DNA of 64,000 nt from Chrysomallon squamiferum (GCA_012295275.1 CM022679.1:29264001-29328000), one strand, 5' to 3'. Counted from the first letter of the stretch, positions 1-14,194 are shown. Numbers and translations: made by a program. Notes: generated by a model from the letters alone, not told the origin.

Positions 1-479
1 TATATAGTTATCACCAAGGTGACAAACAAATACATACATTGTTTACCTTAAAGTCACAAATAACAAAAACAAAATTAAAAATGCATAAAAGAAAGAAAAT
101 AATAATTAAACAAGAACAAGAGAAAGGAACTTATGAAGGAAATTTTATTATAATTAGAATTCAAAAACATGTTTTTTTTTTGTGTTTTTTTTTACTCCAT
201 CTCCTTTATACTAAAACATGTCTAAAATCAATTCTAAATGTTTTTTATAACATTTCCTCTTTGTCTGTCATTCAGCTACTGCTCAGGTACAAAGTGCTAA
301 AACTTTTGTGTTCAATAAGTTCTATTAATAGCTCTGCTTAAGCTGAACCCACAAGGAACCCCACCCATTCGATCTTCACCTAGGAGACAGTTGCCATCTT
401 GTCTAACTATTCATGTTGTTATTGCCCATCAAAGTTGTTATGGGTTAGCAATAAACTTCACAGTGAAAGTTAATAATAA

Positions 480-1930
480 AATGTTTTATTCCTTGTGTAA
501 ATTCTGCCAAGCTTAGAAGAGCATTATTAAATGATTCAAGAATGATAAAATGTTAATAAAAAGAGTTATTTATTTCTTAAATTTCTACCTAGTTTATAAC
601 AGCATCGTCAAGAATAAAATATTATTATTAATAAAACAGATATATTTCATATTTAAATCCCACCCAGATTTGAAGAGCATTATAAAATTACGATCCAAGA
701 ATAATAAAACTAATATCTTCTTTTGTAAATCCCACAGAGTTTACAATACCTCTTTTAAATTATGATTAAAAGATAATAAAATATTAATAATAAAATGAAT
801 ACCCGTCTCCTTAAATAGGAGAAGAGTATGGTTATGTCGAGATGTCGTAAAAGAAATGTAAAGTCTTGTTATTATAATAATTTAAATTTACTGCACCAAA
901 ATACATCGTTATTGCTTTTTTTTTGCATAACAAAGACTTTTCTTTTGTGTATGTAAGAAAAAGAAAAAAAGAAGCTGCATCTATAGACACCATTGTATTA
1001 TTTTCAATAAGAAACAAGGAATCTCTTTTAAGATCATTCCCATAGACAGAAAAAAAAGAAGAAGATTTTTGATAAATCAGTAAAGGAGCAATGGTTGGAA
1101 TGTGAAAAAGTATTAAATGATAAAATTAACAGTATATGCTGGGTATTATAGTTTCACCAAACATGATATTATGATTACCATACAATTCAGAAATGTACTT
1201 GGGGGAAAATAAATAGTAATAATAAAATAAAAGATATTTATCTTTCTTAAATTCCACCAGGTCTTTAAAAGCACATTTAATACAACTCAAGTGCATGGCA
1301 GTTGCGAGTGTTATTGATATCATTTAAAATCAGATTTGAATCAGATATGAAGAACTTAATTATACAATTCAAGAACATTAATATATATCTGTTTTATTTC
1401 TTATTTGAATTCCACCCAGTTAATAAAAGAACCGTCTTGTCTCTGATTTACAATTATGAAACATGAGGTCCATTCTCGTCGCTAAATCCCTCCCAGCTCA
1501 GAGGAGCATGGATAAATGATTTAGGAAAAAGATAAAATACAAGTATTATTTCCTTCTCGCCTTCTTAAATTCCATCCAGATTAGAAGAGCACTATTTAAA
1601 CATAATAAAATTTGACTTTTATTTTGTTCTCGCGCACTGCACTAGTTACAAGAACATGTCCATAAAAATAACAAGAGTTTTATTTACACTGAAACATGAC
1701 TTTTATTCTGGCCTTAAATTTCACACAGATTAGAGGTGCATCATTAAGAAATGATTTAAGGACTATAAAAATGAGACTGTGTGTATTTTTCTTAAATGGT
1801 GTCAAGTCTTGTGATTTTAACCACGTATAATTTGCGTATTTATTAGTTTATTGTGAAAACAACAAAAATGTTTATTTAAATATCTTTATACTTCACTTGT
1901 TAAATTCCTCCAAACTCTTGAGTGGCGTAA
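480..1930. repeat. Old, degenerate tandem array with ~78-bp period
   Basis: A core resembling TTCTTAAATTCCACCCAGATTAGAAGAGCATT recurs at ~498, 578, 654, 726, 812, 883, 1248, 1325, 1406, 1483, 1566, 1715, 1792 and 1901. Most spacings are 71-86 bp or near multiples. Confidence 0.7.
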
Positions 1931-3805
1931 AATTTGTCTTTTCTTAATCATTATTTATATAGTAGTTATTTAAAAATAAATAAATAAATTTCAAAATGAA
2001 AAAATGTTAATAATAAAAAAATCAACAGACAAACAAATAAAGAAATAAATTAAATAAATAAACAGAAACCTCATATTTAATTTATTTATGTAATAAAACT
2101 AAAATGTAATAGGATGCCATTTTAATCTTCTAAAAAAGATAGTAAAATTTCTGCTAAATGTGTGTTTGAAAAACATAAAAAATAAATTTAAATAAAAAAT
2201 GAAAATGAACAAAAAAAATGAAAATTTTATTATGCATCCATTAGAAGTCTTCCCAGAAATGATGATTATTTTGTATCGAATTTCACTTAATATTACTGTT
2301 TACGATTACAGAAAAAACTAAATTTAAATTTAAACACATTCAAACCAGAAAATGAAACAAAAATGTAATTATTATAAAAGTGAATATTAAACCATAAATG
2401 AAAAAAAAAAATAAAATAAAATAAAATAAAATAAAAAATAATAAAAATAATAATAATAAATAGATTAATAAATAAAATAAAAACAATTAAAAAAAAGAAA
2501 AGAAAAGCAATAATTTAAATCATATTTGTAAGAGATTCTATAAAAACTTCTGTACGACACAAAAATCAGAAGAATTTCAAAATTTTGAAATTTACTAAAA
2601 CTGACACCAGTGACACAAAACAACATCAAAATTGAAATGTCAGTAAAAATAAACAAAGTCAGTATTTCTTTTTCTTTTTCGTAAGCTGTTCACTGTACCC
2701 TCTTTCCAACTGCATTTATCTAAATTAAACCTTTTACTTGCAAATTAATTTCAGTAGAAACACTGCCAGTACTGGACATTTAAATTGTATTTTTCTTCTT
2801 TTCTGTAATTGTTAAGAGGCAATGTCATGAAATATAAGCGTTTGTTTTTTTACACAGATCTCGTTAAATGAGTAAAATTTTATGCCTGAAATTTTTCAAA
2901 TGTAAACAGCAGCATTTATTTTTGTAGTTTAAAAGGAATTAAAGTGGGATTTGCGAAGGGTTTGCTTCTGTTCAGCTATTGACTTAAAACATTCAATCTG
3001 TTTTTTTTTTTTAATTTACATTTTCATCTGCTTCTCCTTTTTCCATTTTTCCTTAAATTAACCCTTTTTTTTTTCTTTCAAAAAACCTATTTTTCTCACC
3101 TGTCATTGTACATTGAAAAAAATTAAAAATTTAATTTTGAAGTAAATATTAAAAAAATAATCTCATTTTTTAAAAATCTATACTTTTATATTTGCTCGAT
3201 TTTATTACTTTAAAACAAATTTTATTATCATCATTTATTTATTTTTCTATTTTCTTTCTACATTTTCTCATCTATCATGCTGCTTCATAAGAAAATTAAA
3301 AAGCTCATTTGTAAAAAAAAAAAAAAAAGTATAGTGTTTTACGTCTGCTACTTTTTATTACTTTTTCATTTTTTTTTTTTAAATTTCTCCCTGCTGTTTT
3401 GAGGCTTCACACTAGTATTTTGTGCTGCCTTACAAGTACATCACACTTGTTTCCGTTTGAGACAGAGAGAAAAAAAAGAAGTCTTAAAGGGGAAGGAATT
3501 GTGTGTGTTGTGAAGCTCGGAATCGAGGATTGTAAAGTTAAACATGAGTCGATCAACTGCAGGTTTTGTGTTTTCTGAGTCTTTTCACTGGAAGCTTTGT
3601 TTCCTCTTCTCTTCATGTTCACAGAAAGTTGGGGGTTTTTTGTTTTGTTTTTGCTGTGTGGTAAATGATTTAGTGTGTGAAAAGAAAATGATTCAAACTT
3701 CTTCATGTTTTTTTTTATCTTCTTCAAAATTTTTATTCTTTTTTTTTGTTAACAGAAATAGAAGATTTGTGAATTGAAGAGGTAAAATTAATGTAAGCAA
3801 AAGAG

Positions 3806-3898
<93 letters not shown>

Positions 3899-5063
3899 AG
3901 TTGTTTGGAGATGGGATTTGAGAAAGAGTTAAAATAATACAGAGATCATTTTGTTTTCATCTACATATTTATATATTATCCATTAGTGATAAAGCAAGAA
4001 AAGAATTTTAAAAAATAAATAAATAAATCATTCTAATTTCAAAAATCAATAACAATTTCTGTAACAGCATTTTATTTTATCTCTGTACCATTACCTGACA
4101 AACAAAACAGTCACCCAAACAACAAGAACAACACAAATAAACGAAGAAACAAAAAAATAAAACAGAAATTAAGACATCTTTGTTTCTGTATCGTTTTGTT
4201 TTCTACCTGTACGTCTGACAAAGAATAACGAGAAAATAAAAAAAAGAAGAACTATAGAAAATGATTTGTAAAACGTGAAAAAATTAAATAATAATAAAAA
4301 AACAAAGATGAGTTTAGAAAAAAGAAGATTTGTTTACGACAGTCAATGAGCTGTGATTCAGGCTCAGTTGTCTTTCAACGCGATTACTTCATCGTCCGCT
4401 CAACAAGGTGAATGAGTCTAACAGCTTTCAGCAGCCACAGAAAAATCTATACCTTCTTATCATCATTTCTTTGTACGTTTTTTTTTTTTTTTAATCATTT
4501 AAAACTTGAACATCCTTTATTCCTTTTTCTTTATTTTATCTTCTTAACCAGTTAACTTTTTATCATCCTTTTTTTCTCATTTTGTTTTTAATCAGTTACA
4601 TTTTAACATCCTTTTTTCTTTTTCTTTATAATTATTATTATTATTATGAATGAAACCATTAATTCAAATGCATCAAGAGTTGAGCATTTATTAAAGTTAT
4701 CATTATTTTTCTCATTTATTTATTTATTTTGTTTTATTTTGTTTTATTTCATTTTATTTTTAAATTTTTAATTAATTTTTTTTTCTCTCTCCATTTCTGG
4801 TTGATGCTACTGGAAACTGGAGAGTTACCTTCAGGGGCAGATTACTGTTGTTATTTCAAGCTGCTAGATATATTAAGATGCTAGTGCAAGTTTTGATAAC
4901 AGCATCTGTTTGCCTAGATAACATGGAATAACAAAAAGTGATGAGGAAAATATAAATGATGACATTAATAAAGATTTGTGCCAAAAACAGACAAAGTCTG
5001 TGCCAATCAAAACAAAGTGCGTTTAGCAGATTTCCTACAGTGTAACTTGGATTACATACAAAC

Positions 5064-5142
<79 letters not shown>

Positions 5143-5746
5143 AAACGGAAAGACAGAGTGAAGAGAGACAGAAAATTCAACTAACTCAGTACTGTGTAAA
5201 TAATTTCTTTCCTTGCATAGCTCAACTTTATGTAAAAAAAAAAAAAAAAACATTTATCATTTCTTTTCCTTGAAAGATATTTATACTGTATTTAACAAGT
5301 ATCGAAATTCTGGTCTGCACTGTAATCAAGGCTATCACAAACTGGATTAATATTCATGAATTGCACAACAGGTCCCCGAACCCTGCCATGAAAAGCCCCT
5401 TTACCATGGCTGGCCTGAATAGATAGCTGTCCCATCACAATAGGGGGCAGACCATGTTAAAATGGGGCAGACCATGTTAAAATGGGCCAGCCCCTCGTCA
5501 CCCCAGTCAAAGGTTTGAGGATTCGGTCACTAAACGCTGTCCTGGCCACTGCTGTGAATGTGGGCTATCTGGTCACGGGTGGGCAGTCTGGGTGGGTGGG
5601 GGAGACAATAGTCCTTGTTAGGCCGGTTATAGCTGACAGAGAGAGAGTGACAGGACTACCTGAGTGAACCGTTTTGTGAAGAGGTTAGTTTTGTGACATG
5701 TGACAAGTTACTGTAATGTGTTAAATACGAATTTTGTTAATTAATT

Positions 5747-5847
<101 letters not shown>

Positions 5848-6454
5848 ATATAGAAAGAGGATGGGGTAACTCAAATACTGAAACAATTTAATTTTTGTTA
5901 CTAACGTAACTAAGCCAAGAAAAGGTTATTTTTATCATTCATATCTTAATTTCATTTACTTTTCGACAATTTGCTAACACTAATTTCATAAACAAGTTTA
6001 TAGTTACATCCTTCTGTATTTTATCCTTTCACATTAACAATGTGTGTTTTTCAATCTACTTTTAATTTTTGATCCATTAATATTTTCAATTTCCATCAAC
6101 TGAATCAATTCTAACCACTTTTAATTAAAAAAATCCATCTGATCATCATTCTGTCTGTCTGTCTGTCTCTATGTCTGTCCATCTGTCATCTCTTCATTTT
6201 TATCAATCCACCACTTACTCTCACACCTACCCACTGTGTGGACTGCAAGTGTCAAGATTTAACAGTGCTTGTTAATTTGCATTCATCACCCCGGTAGGAG
6301 CCACCTGGGAGATGTTGGGTGTTGTGTAACACACCCTGGCTAATTGGCTTTTCCAGCCCGGCTCATTAATTACAACAAGATGACAACAATGGACTTTTCA
6401 TAATAATAAATACCATCATCATTAATCAGAAGTAAAGAAAAAAAAAAATCATAT

Positions 6455-6551
<97 letters not shown>

Positions 6552-6617
6552 TTGAGAGAGAGAGAGAGAATAAAGCTAATCAATGGCTAAAGATTGCATC
6601 AAAAGCCTAATAAGCAA

Positions 6618-6837
6618 TAAATACCCTTCTGATTGGACCTGATGTCAAAGCACGTAATAAATTGATTTCTGATTGGTCCATATACCACTTCAGGTTCTAA
6701 ATTGATTTCTGATTGGTCAAGATACCAGAGCATGCAATAAATTGATTTCTGATTGGTCAAGATACCACTGTAAGCAATAAATTGATTTCTGATTGGCCCA
6801 GATGCTATTTCAAGTAGTAAATTGATTTGTGACTGGT
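6618..6837. repeat. 40-bp-period tandem array carrying ATTGG (reverse CCAAT) boxes
   Basis: TAAATTGATTTCTGATTGG occurs at 6658, 6698, 6738 and 6778, with variants at 6618 and 6818. Spacing is exactly 40 bp. Confidence 0.85.
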
Positions 6838-7116
6838 GGGCCAGAACCCCACCGTGCTGTCACAGGGACCACCTAGTGATCAGGTGTCACGCAATACAAA
6901 GATACAAACAAAATGATCTCCTCCTGCCTGCTTGCCAATATGCAGGGGTTCAAGGATCCCCATGGTGGCTGTAGAGTTAATCAGGTGGAAAAACTCAGTC
7001 AAGTGAAACTAATTATGATGGATATTCATGCTTAACTAGCTGCAGTGGTTAACCAAAGATGATAAATGTCACAAGAAGTATCACATATTTCACAGACAGA
7101 TCACCACATTAGTTGC

Positions 7117-7148
<32 letters not shown>

Positions 7149-7607
7149 TAGTAGTAGTAGTATTAGTGGTAATACAGTACTAGTATCTTCAACATTTTGT
7201 AACACTACTTAATCAGGTAAGTTGAACTATTTAAAACAATTTTATATTTTTGTTAATTGTATTATAGTTGCTGTCACTGCTGCTGCTGTAAGAGCTGTTG
7301 TTGTTGTTGTTACTATAACTGTTATTACCAATATTATAATTACAATTCTTTTTTCTTTTTTTCAAACTGGACAAATGTGTTACTCCTTTTTATCATTACT
7401 CTTATTAAATTTATAAAATTATAAGAAAAAAAAGAAAAGAAAATTTTTATTTCAACTTCTACTTTATTTCAGTTTAAAAATCATTACTAAAAACTTTTAT
7501 TTAAAAATTTGCCATTTTAAATTTCAGGAAATCAAGCTGCAATTCCACCTGCCCCAACACACAGGTCACAATGAGTGGAGTCTGCTGCCACGACAACGAC
7601 CTTCAAA

Positions 7608-8465
7608 ATGCTGATTGAGAGACATATGATGAACGTGCTCTTCTACGTCGGGATCATTCTTCCAACTGTGATAACCGTCATCCTCTTCGTGCTCTTCATC
7701 GTCTGCTGGAGACGCCTCAAAGCTCGCAAGGAGATGCTCAACAAGATCTACGACCCCCACAAGAAGCTCAGGGAGATGGGCATGCCCAGGGTCCCACCCC
7801 CACCCCCGATATTCGTCCGCGAAGGTCGCGCGAGGTCGACGTTCGCCGGGGAGGAGAACACGGGGTACGACGTGAGCAGGAGTCCGTCTGGAGGAGGGCA
7901 GGAGCAGCTGGGGGGGTCCCTGTACCACGCCCCCCACGACAGCGGGCTGTCTGACCTCAGCGACGCGCAGTGCAAGGACCGGCCTCACTCGCAGGCTTCA
8001 CAGGGGTCCACGGACTCTGAGGACTCCGGATTCAGGAGTTCCCGTTCCGGACAGTTCAACCAGAAAGGAAGTGGGAACAATATGGCCGACGCTCCGCTGC
8101 TGAAGTCGATCAAGTCGAGGAAAGAGCGGCCTGCGCAGGTTCCGGATTGTGAAAAAACGTCGTGTGTGAGAAGTGTCAGCAGCGTTTTCCCAACAAACAG
8201 TTTGTCTGTGTGCAGCTACCCTCACCAGCTGCATCAACAGCAGCAGCAGCAGCAGCAGCAGCCGCATCGTAAAGTGGATATAAATGACATCAGTACACAT
8301 GTTAGCTGGTTGTATTTACAAAATCTGACTTCAAACAGTGGTTGTGGTGGTGGTGGTGGTGGTGGTGGTGGTGGTGAAGAACACATGACGACTGCCCAGG
8401 TTCACTGTTCTAATTCTAGTGCTGTTCAAAGTGATGGAGATTTGTTTGGATTTTCAGTTGTTTGA
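7608..8465 (+). CDS. Uncharacterised single-pass (type III-like) membrane protein, 285 aa, one coding exon
   Basis: GC-rich, codon-biased ORF in an AT-rich background. The ATG at 7608 is in a CAAAATG context (the track start 7575 is a GTG). A tttcag splice acceptor lies just upstream at ~7527. TM helix VLFYVGIILPTVITVILFVLFIVC is followed by basic WRRLKARK, a disordered tail with polyP/polyQ/polyG, and C-terminal FSVV. Confidence 0.85.
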   Translation: MLIERHMMNVLFYVGIILPTVITVILFVLFIVCWRRLKARKEMLNKIYDPHKKLREMGMPRVPPPPPIFVREGRARSTFAGEENTGYDVSRSPSGGGQEQLGGSLYHAPHDSGLSDLSDAQCKDRPHSQASQGSTDSEDSGFRSSRSGQFNQKGSGNNMADAPLLKSIKSRKERPAQVPDCEKTSCVRSVSSVFPTNSLSVCSYPHQLHQQQQQQQQQPHRKVDINDISTHVSWLYLQNLTSNSGCGGGGGGGGGGEEHMTTAQVHCSNSSAVQSDGDLFGFSVV

Positions 8466-9826
8466 TTCACCAATCTTCTCTGACAATTCTGTTTTGGAAT
8501 TTTTTTTTGTTTTTTTTTTTTTTCTTCTTCATAATTCCTTGGATTACCAACAGAACTTCATTTGCTGAAGAAACATATGGTCACAACTATAATAGACACA
8601 TAAAAAAAATAAAAATTCTCTTTTCATTTTATTTTCAAAAATGACCTGTGAGGATTTTTTGTTTTTCTGTTTTATTAGTTTGTGATGTGAACTGTCTTTC
8701 TTTCCTGTGATTCCCCGTGGAAACCTAGTCTAAACGCAGGATGAGTGTGCCAGCATTCGCAACCTTCTCAAACATTACTGGGTTGGTTTTTTTGTTTGTT
8801 TGTTTCTTTTAAAAGAAAAACAAAGCCTTATTTTTATCTCTGGCAAATATTTAACCAAATGTGCATCTGCAGCAGCATTGAGGAATCAGTGATGTAAACA
8901 GAGGAATGGATTTGTTTCTGGTTTCTCCCCTGCAAGTGGATGTAACTTGCTTTTCACTTTGTGACAAAATGGATTTACTTTCCATTTAATATTCATTGTG
9001 TTGAACACTGCTTAAGACCGTTGGTTATTTATTCTGTTTTTGTTGTTTGTTCTTTTACTTTTTTTTTCTTTCTATTGCATTCCATCAATTGAACTGGGTT
9101 TTTTTTTTTTTTTTCATTTTTTCTAACGAAAAAGAGAAAAAAAACAAAACCAAACAAAACATTCCTACTGAATCTCAGAAACATGGAGGAAAATAACAAA
9201 AACAGAAATTGTTGTTAGTTAAGTTATTTTGTTCAACCAACAAACACATCTGTCAAAACCTCTGACTAGAAAATTATAAATAATAAATTTATTTAGTTCT
9301 TTTTTTTATATTCTGTGTACGAACACAAAGTAAATAATACAAACTAAGCGTTTTCAATGTTGGTGCTTTCTGGAAAAGAATTTTTTGATCTGACGTGTCA
9401 CAGCGTCACAAACGACATTGTTGTTGTAGCTGTTATTGACCGACGATGGAGAATAAACAGCTGGGAAGTGACCAGCCCGTGATAGAGTCGACTGAAAGGA
9501 GAACTGGACCCAGTGTTGGTCAGAGACAAACGTCACTGTTTTGACTTGTTCTTCTTTGTTTGTGTTCTTCATGTCCAGTGTGAGGTGTGTTGACTGATAA
9601 TATACGAGTGATTTTTTTACCTGTTCCTTGTTTTCTGTTGCTTTTTTTTTTTTTTTTTTCACCTTTAAAATTAGTGTTCACTGGTTTTTGTCAGCCAACA
9701 GCTGGCTTTAATCTGCATTAATTTGTTACAGTAGATTGTTAATACATTCGGTTTGTTTTCACTGATTACAAGATTATTATTTATTTATTCATTTATTCAC
9801 TTTATTCATTTATTTATTTATTTATT

Positions 9827-9883
<57 letters not shown>

Positions 9884-10976
9884 TGTGATTATAAAAAAAA
9901 AATGAGAGGTGTTTAAAGAAAATAAGAAAATGTAACACATTCCTGAAATAAAATAATTATATAAATCTCAAAATTAAATTTACATTTTATAAATCTTTTG
10001 TGAATTCATATAAATGTTTAAACATTTATTTAAAAAACAAAATTAACTGGCTGTGATGGTAGAAAAATGACATTTAAAGAAAAGAAAGAAAGAAACTAAA
10101 AAGTAATGAAAATGATGGCCACAATTTTAAAAACATGTTAATAAATAAGAATAATATGATAATTAGTCTAATCAGTTTTAAAAACCACTTTGGTTGTGTC
10201 TGACACTGTTCAACAGACAAACAGAAAATGTTACTTTTCTTATTTTCTAAATTCTTGTTTTATTACTAAAAATAAAACCACATTGTTTTCCTAGTGGTCC
10301 TTTCTCTTATACAAGTTAAAAAAAAAAATAAATAAAAATTATTGTCATTTTTTAAATTATTATTCATAACAGAATCAAATTCAATTATAAAACCTTAACC
10401 TGTCACTTTTCAAATACAATTTCAAATCCCCATTTTAAATTTAATAGAATTTAGTTTTTCTTTCTTTCCTTTTTTTTCCCTTTTATTTCTATTTATTTAT
10501 TTATTTATTTTATCACTATTATTATTTTATTTCCCTGTTTCAGTTTGCTACTTTTCACCTTTTCAAACTGAAAGACCCTTTCAATTGCAATTAAGTTCAC
10601 TTTCAGGTAAACCAGTGCACTGGGTTCCAGTCCCATTAATGCACAGGGTGCAAGTCTAAATAAATGTTCAGTCTATTAATGGCCGACTTCCTGTTTGCAA
10701 TTCATGACAACTGCAAATGTAAAATTTTCCAGTTAAATCGTTAATTGTTTTTGGTCACAACACAATCTGTTGTTCATTTAACTGCAGTCTGTTTAAAACA
10801 AATTTTATTCTTTCTGTATACAACAGAAAATAATGTTCTTAAGCAATTTCTTTTGTTTATTTTGAAAAGATAAAATAAAGATCTTTAAGCAGTTTTAATT
10901 TCAAATTAACTTTGAAGAGAAATTAATGGGTTTTTGTTGTTTTTATTGTTACTGTCACCATCATCATTATTATTGC

Positions 10977-11016
<40 letters not shown>

Positions 11017-11699
11017 GTTATTGGCACTGCTTATTGTTGTTTTTATTACCATTATTATTGTTGCCATTTGTATAATTATCATTATTTAAGTTATTATTAC
11101 AACTACTAATTATTATAATTTTTGATAAAATTCAATTTTTATGATTAATAAACAAGTCCTCCCCCAAAATAACACACTTCATAAATTGATTAACAAACAA
11201 CAACAACAACAACTGTAATAAAGAAAAATATGTAATTTCAACGAAAGATTAAACAAAATAAAAACAGAAAAAAAAAACTGATGAACAAATTTCATGTAAT
11301 TTAAATATATTTTATCCTTTATTTATTCTTTTATGTTTATTTATTTTCATACTTATTTACATGTCTGAAAAACCCACCAAACAAGCACATTTAAAAAAAT
11401 GTATCTTGAATTTAATTCATTCCTGTTTTGAGTATTTCATACCAGTCACCACTCACTAACAATGAAACTGTGACACGATTCTACGACTGAGAGATTTATA
11501 AATGCGTGTGAATTTTGTTAAGAAAAGAGAGAAATAATTATGTTAAACCACTGTTGTATATGTCTGTTTTGTCATTTAACTCAAAAGAGTTGTTTGAATA
11601 TTAAAATAATTTATGTAACAATTTTATATTATTTTGGGTGTTTGTGTTTTTTTTCTTCTTTGTTATGAAATTTGATTTATCAATGAAATTAACTGCAAT

Positions 11700-11845
<146 letters not shown>

Positions 11846-12487
11846 TTATACATATTATCACAAATTAACCAAATTTTACAGTAACATACACTTCTACTGT
11901 GTAAACTGAACAAAACACATTAAAAATAGATTCAAAGTGTACAATAGTTTGAGAAAAAGTGATAGAAACAAAGAAAGAGACAGACAAACAGGAAAACAGG
12001 AAGAAAAGACAACAGACAGTGAAAAAGAATGAAGAAAGAGACAAACAGAAACACAAATAAAGAGAACGACAAAGGCTGGAAGAAACCAAGTGAATCAAAC
12101 TCTCAGTGTTGTGGAAACAATGGCACTGAAACCCAAAACAAGATAGTGAATTATTAAAGAGAGACAGGCATTGTCTGCAAGGAGAAGTGCAAAATGATGC
12201 ATGAAACACTGAAAAAACATAAAAGAGCAAAATCACATTGATTTTTTTTTATTTTTATTTTATTTATTTATTTTTTTTTTTTTTAATCACCAGATAGATG
12301 ATATCATGAATAAATGAATGGACATTTATTTAGAGATTTTATTATGTGTGTTAACAAATATCAGGTGTCAGAAACATTACAGATTTTCATCAGCTAAGTT
12401 TAACACTTCTTTAGCAACAATTCAAGCCTCAAACGTAAATAAATAAATAAAATTATTAAAAAAATGAAACACTGTTATTCTGATTAT

Positions 12488-12700
12488 TCCGGATTTCAAA
12501 ATACCACGAGATTTTAGTATGGTATAGGATTTCAGTATATTGTAAGATTTCAGTATAGGATTTCATTATGTTAAGGATTTCTGTATAATACAGGATTTGA
12601 ATATGGCACAGGGTTTCAGCATGTTACAGGATTTTATTTTGATGTAGGATTTCAGTACGTTCACCAGATTTCAGTATTGCTATAGAATTTCAGTATTAAC
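12488..12700. repeat. Degenerate ~19-20-bp tandem repeat (AGGATTTCAGTAT core)
   Basis: Repeated GGATTTCAGTAT / GATTTCAGTAT / GGATTTCTGTAT variants through the interval. Confidence 0.7.
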
Positions 12701-13144
12701 GCAGGATGATTAGAAATAATAAAAACAGCAGCATATTTCTTCCCTAACCTGACAGAAACTGGAGGTGCTGAAGACACGTCTACTAAATAAACACTTGTAC
12801 ATTTTATTACTTCATTCATTTTTTAATTATTTTTTTTACTTTCTCTCTGGAAAGAGTCAACAGATTTACACGTGTATTTTCTAGATCTCGGACAGAAATA
12901 CAAACAGTCAGGTTTGCTAAGGGAGGTCTGCCGAGGCCTCAGATCCAAATACTGTCCTGATGTTACTTCAAAACATAGCAGTGCTAACTTAATTTTAAAA
13001 ATTTATTTAGTCACAGTTCAGTGGATTTTCATGTTATGTGTTTTTGTTTGTTTTTTTCACTGCTTTTTCAATTCACCATGAATCATGTATAATGATTGTA
13101 GAAAAAATAAATGCCACCAGTCACTTACCTATTCTACTAAATTA

Positions 13145-13217
<73 letters not shown>

Positions 13218-13649
13218 TAAAGACAGACACATAGTGAGAAATCAAGAGAAAGAATGAATAGATTATTCAAAGACATCTTCCTATGTTAAAAAATAAATAA
13301 ATAAACAAACAAACAAATAATGGTCTTTTACATACAAGAGTGCTGGTTAGAAACACACATGCCCCAGTGGAGAAATGATCCTAAGATCCACCAACTGCGA
13401 GGAGCTGACAGTCACTAGAGATTCATTAATCTGAATTTCGTATTTTTTAATACGAGGAAAACAGACGATGTAGAGGCAGAAGAAAGAGCGTGAATAAAGT
13501 CTGAATGAATTAACCTATCAAGTAAAGTGAGAAAATTATCACTTTAAGTGTTTTAGTGAAAGAAATGAGGACATTATGGAGAAAACGATATAGGTACATG
13601 TTTGAGTCAAATAGTGAGTGTATATACATGTGTGAGTGTAGAGTGTGTG

Positions 13650-13698
<49 letters not shown>

Positions 13699-14139
13699 CA
13701 GACAGACAGACACAGACATGCATATATGGATGGATAATAGGATCGGAGAGAATGAAACAGTGAGACAGAATATATATATACAGGAAAGAGAAAGAGAAAA
13801 TGTAATGGAAATGGTTTGAAATAATGGCATCTCGATCAAAAAATAAAAAGCCATTGAATGATATCGGTGGAGCAGTGAATAATTTATAACACACAAATGA
13901 CAAAGAAAATACAATGACAGCTGACATTTAGAGTTTTTAACATCAAGAAAAGTGAAGTTTAATTATTCATTGAAACACATGTGTGTATTTTGTATTTATC
14001 TCGACTTTTATGCATTACATTTACTTTTCTATGTTATTACATGTACATTTATATACCTTCTTTTTCATTCTGTCTCTCTGTCTATATCTCTTCCTCTCTT
14101 TCATTCTCTATCTACATAACTCTCTTTGTCTCTCTCTAG

Positions 14140-14184
<45 letters not shown>

Positions 14185-14194
14185 ATATATATAT

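Noticed and set aside
6618-6837. CRISPR-like repeat/spacer look of the 40-bp array (and of the 78-bp and 50-bp arrays)
   Set aside because: The spacers are related to each other (shared AGATACCA), the context is eukaryotic and intron-rich, and there are no cas genes. These are tandem repeats.
7575-7607. ORF-track N-terminus MESAATTTTFK
   Set aside because: It starts at GTG after an in-frame stop. The eukaryotic start is more plausibly the ATG at 7608.
7566-8300. Minus-strand ORFs 7566-7988, 7748-7975 and 7998-8300
   Set aside because: Antisense shadows of the GC-rich plus-strand CDS.
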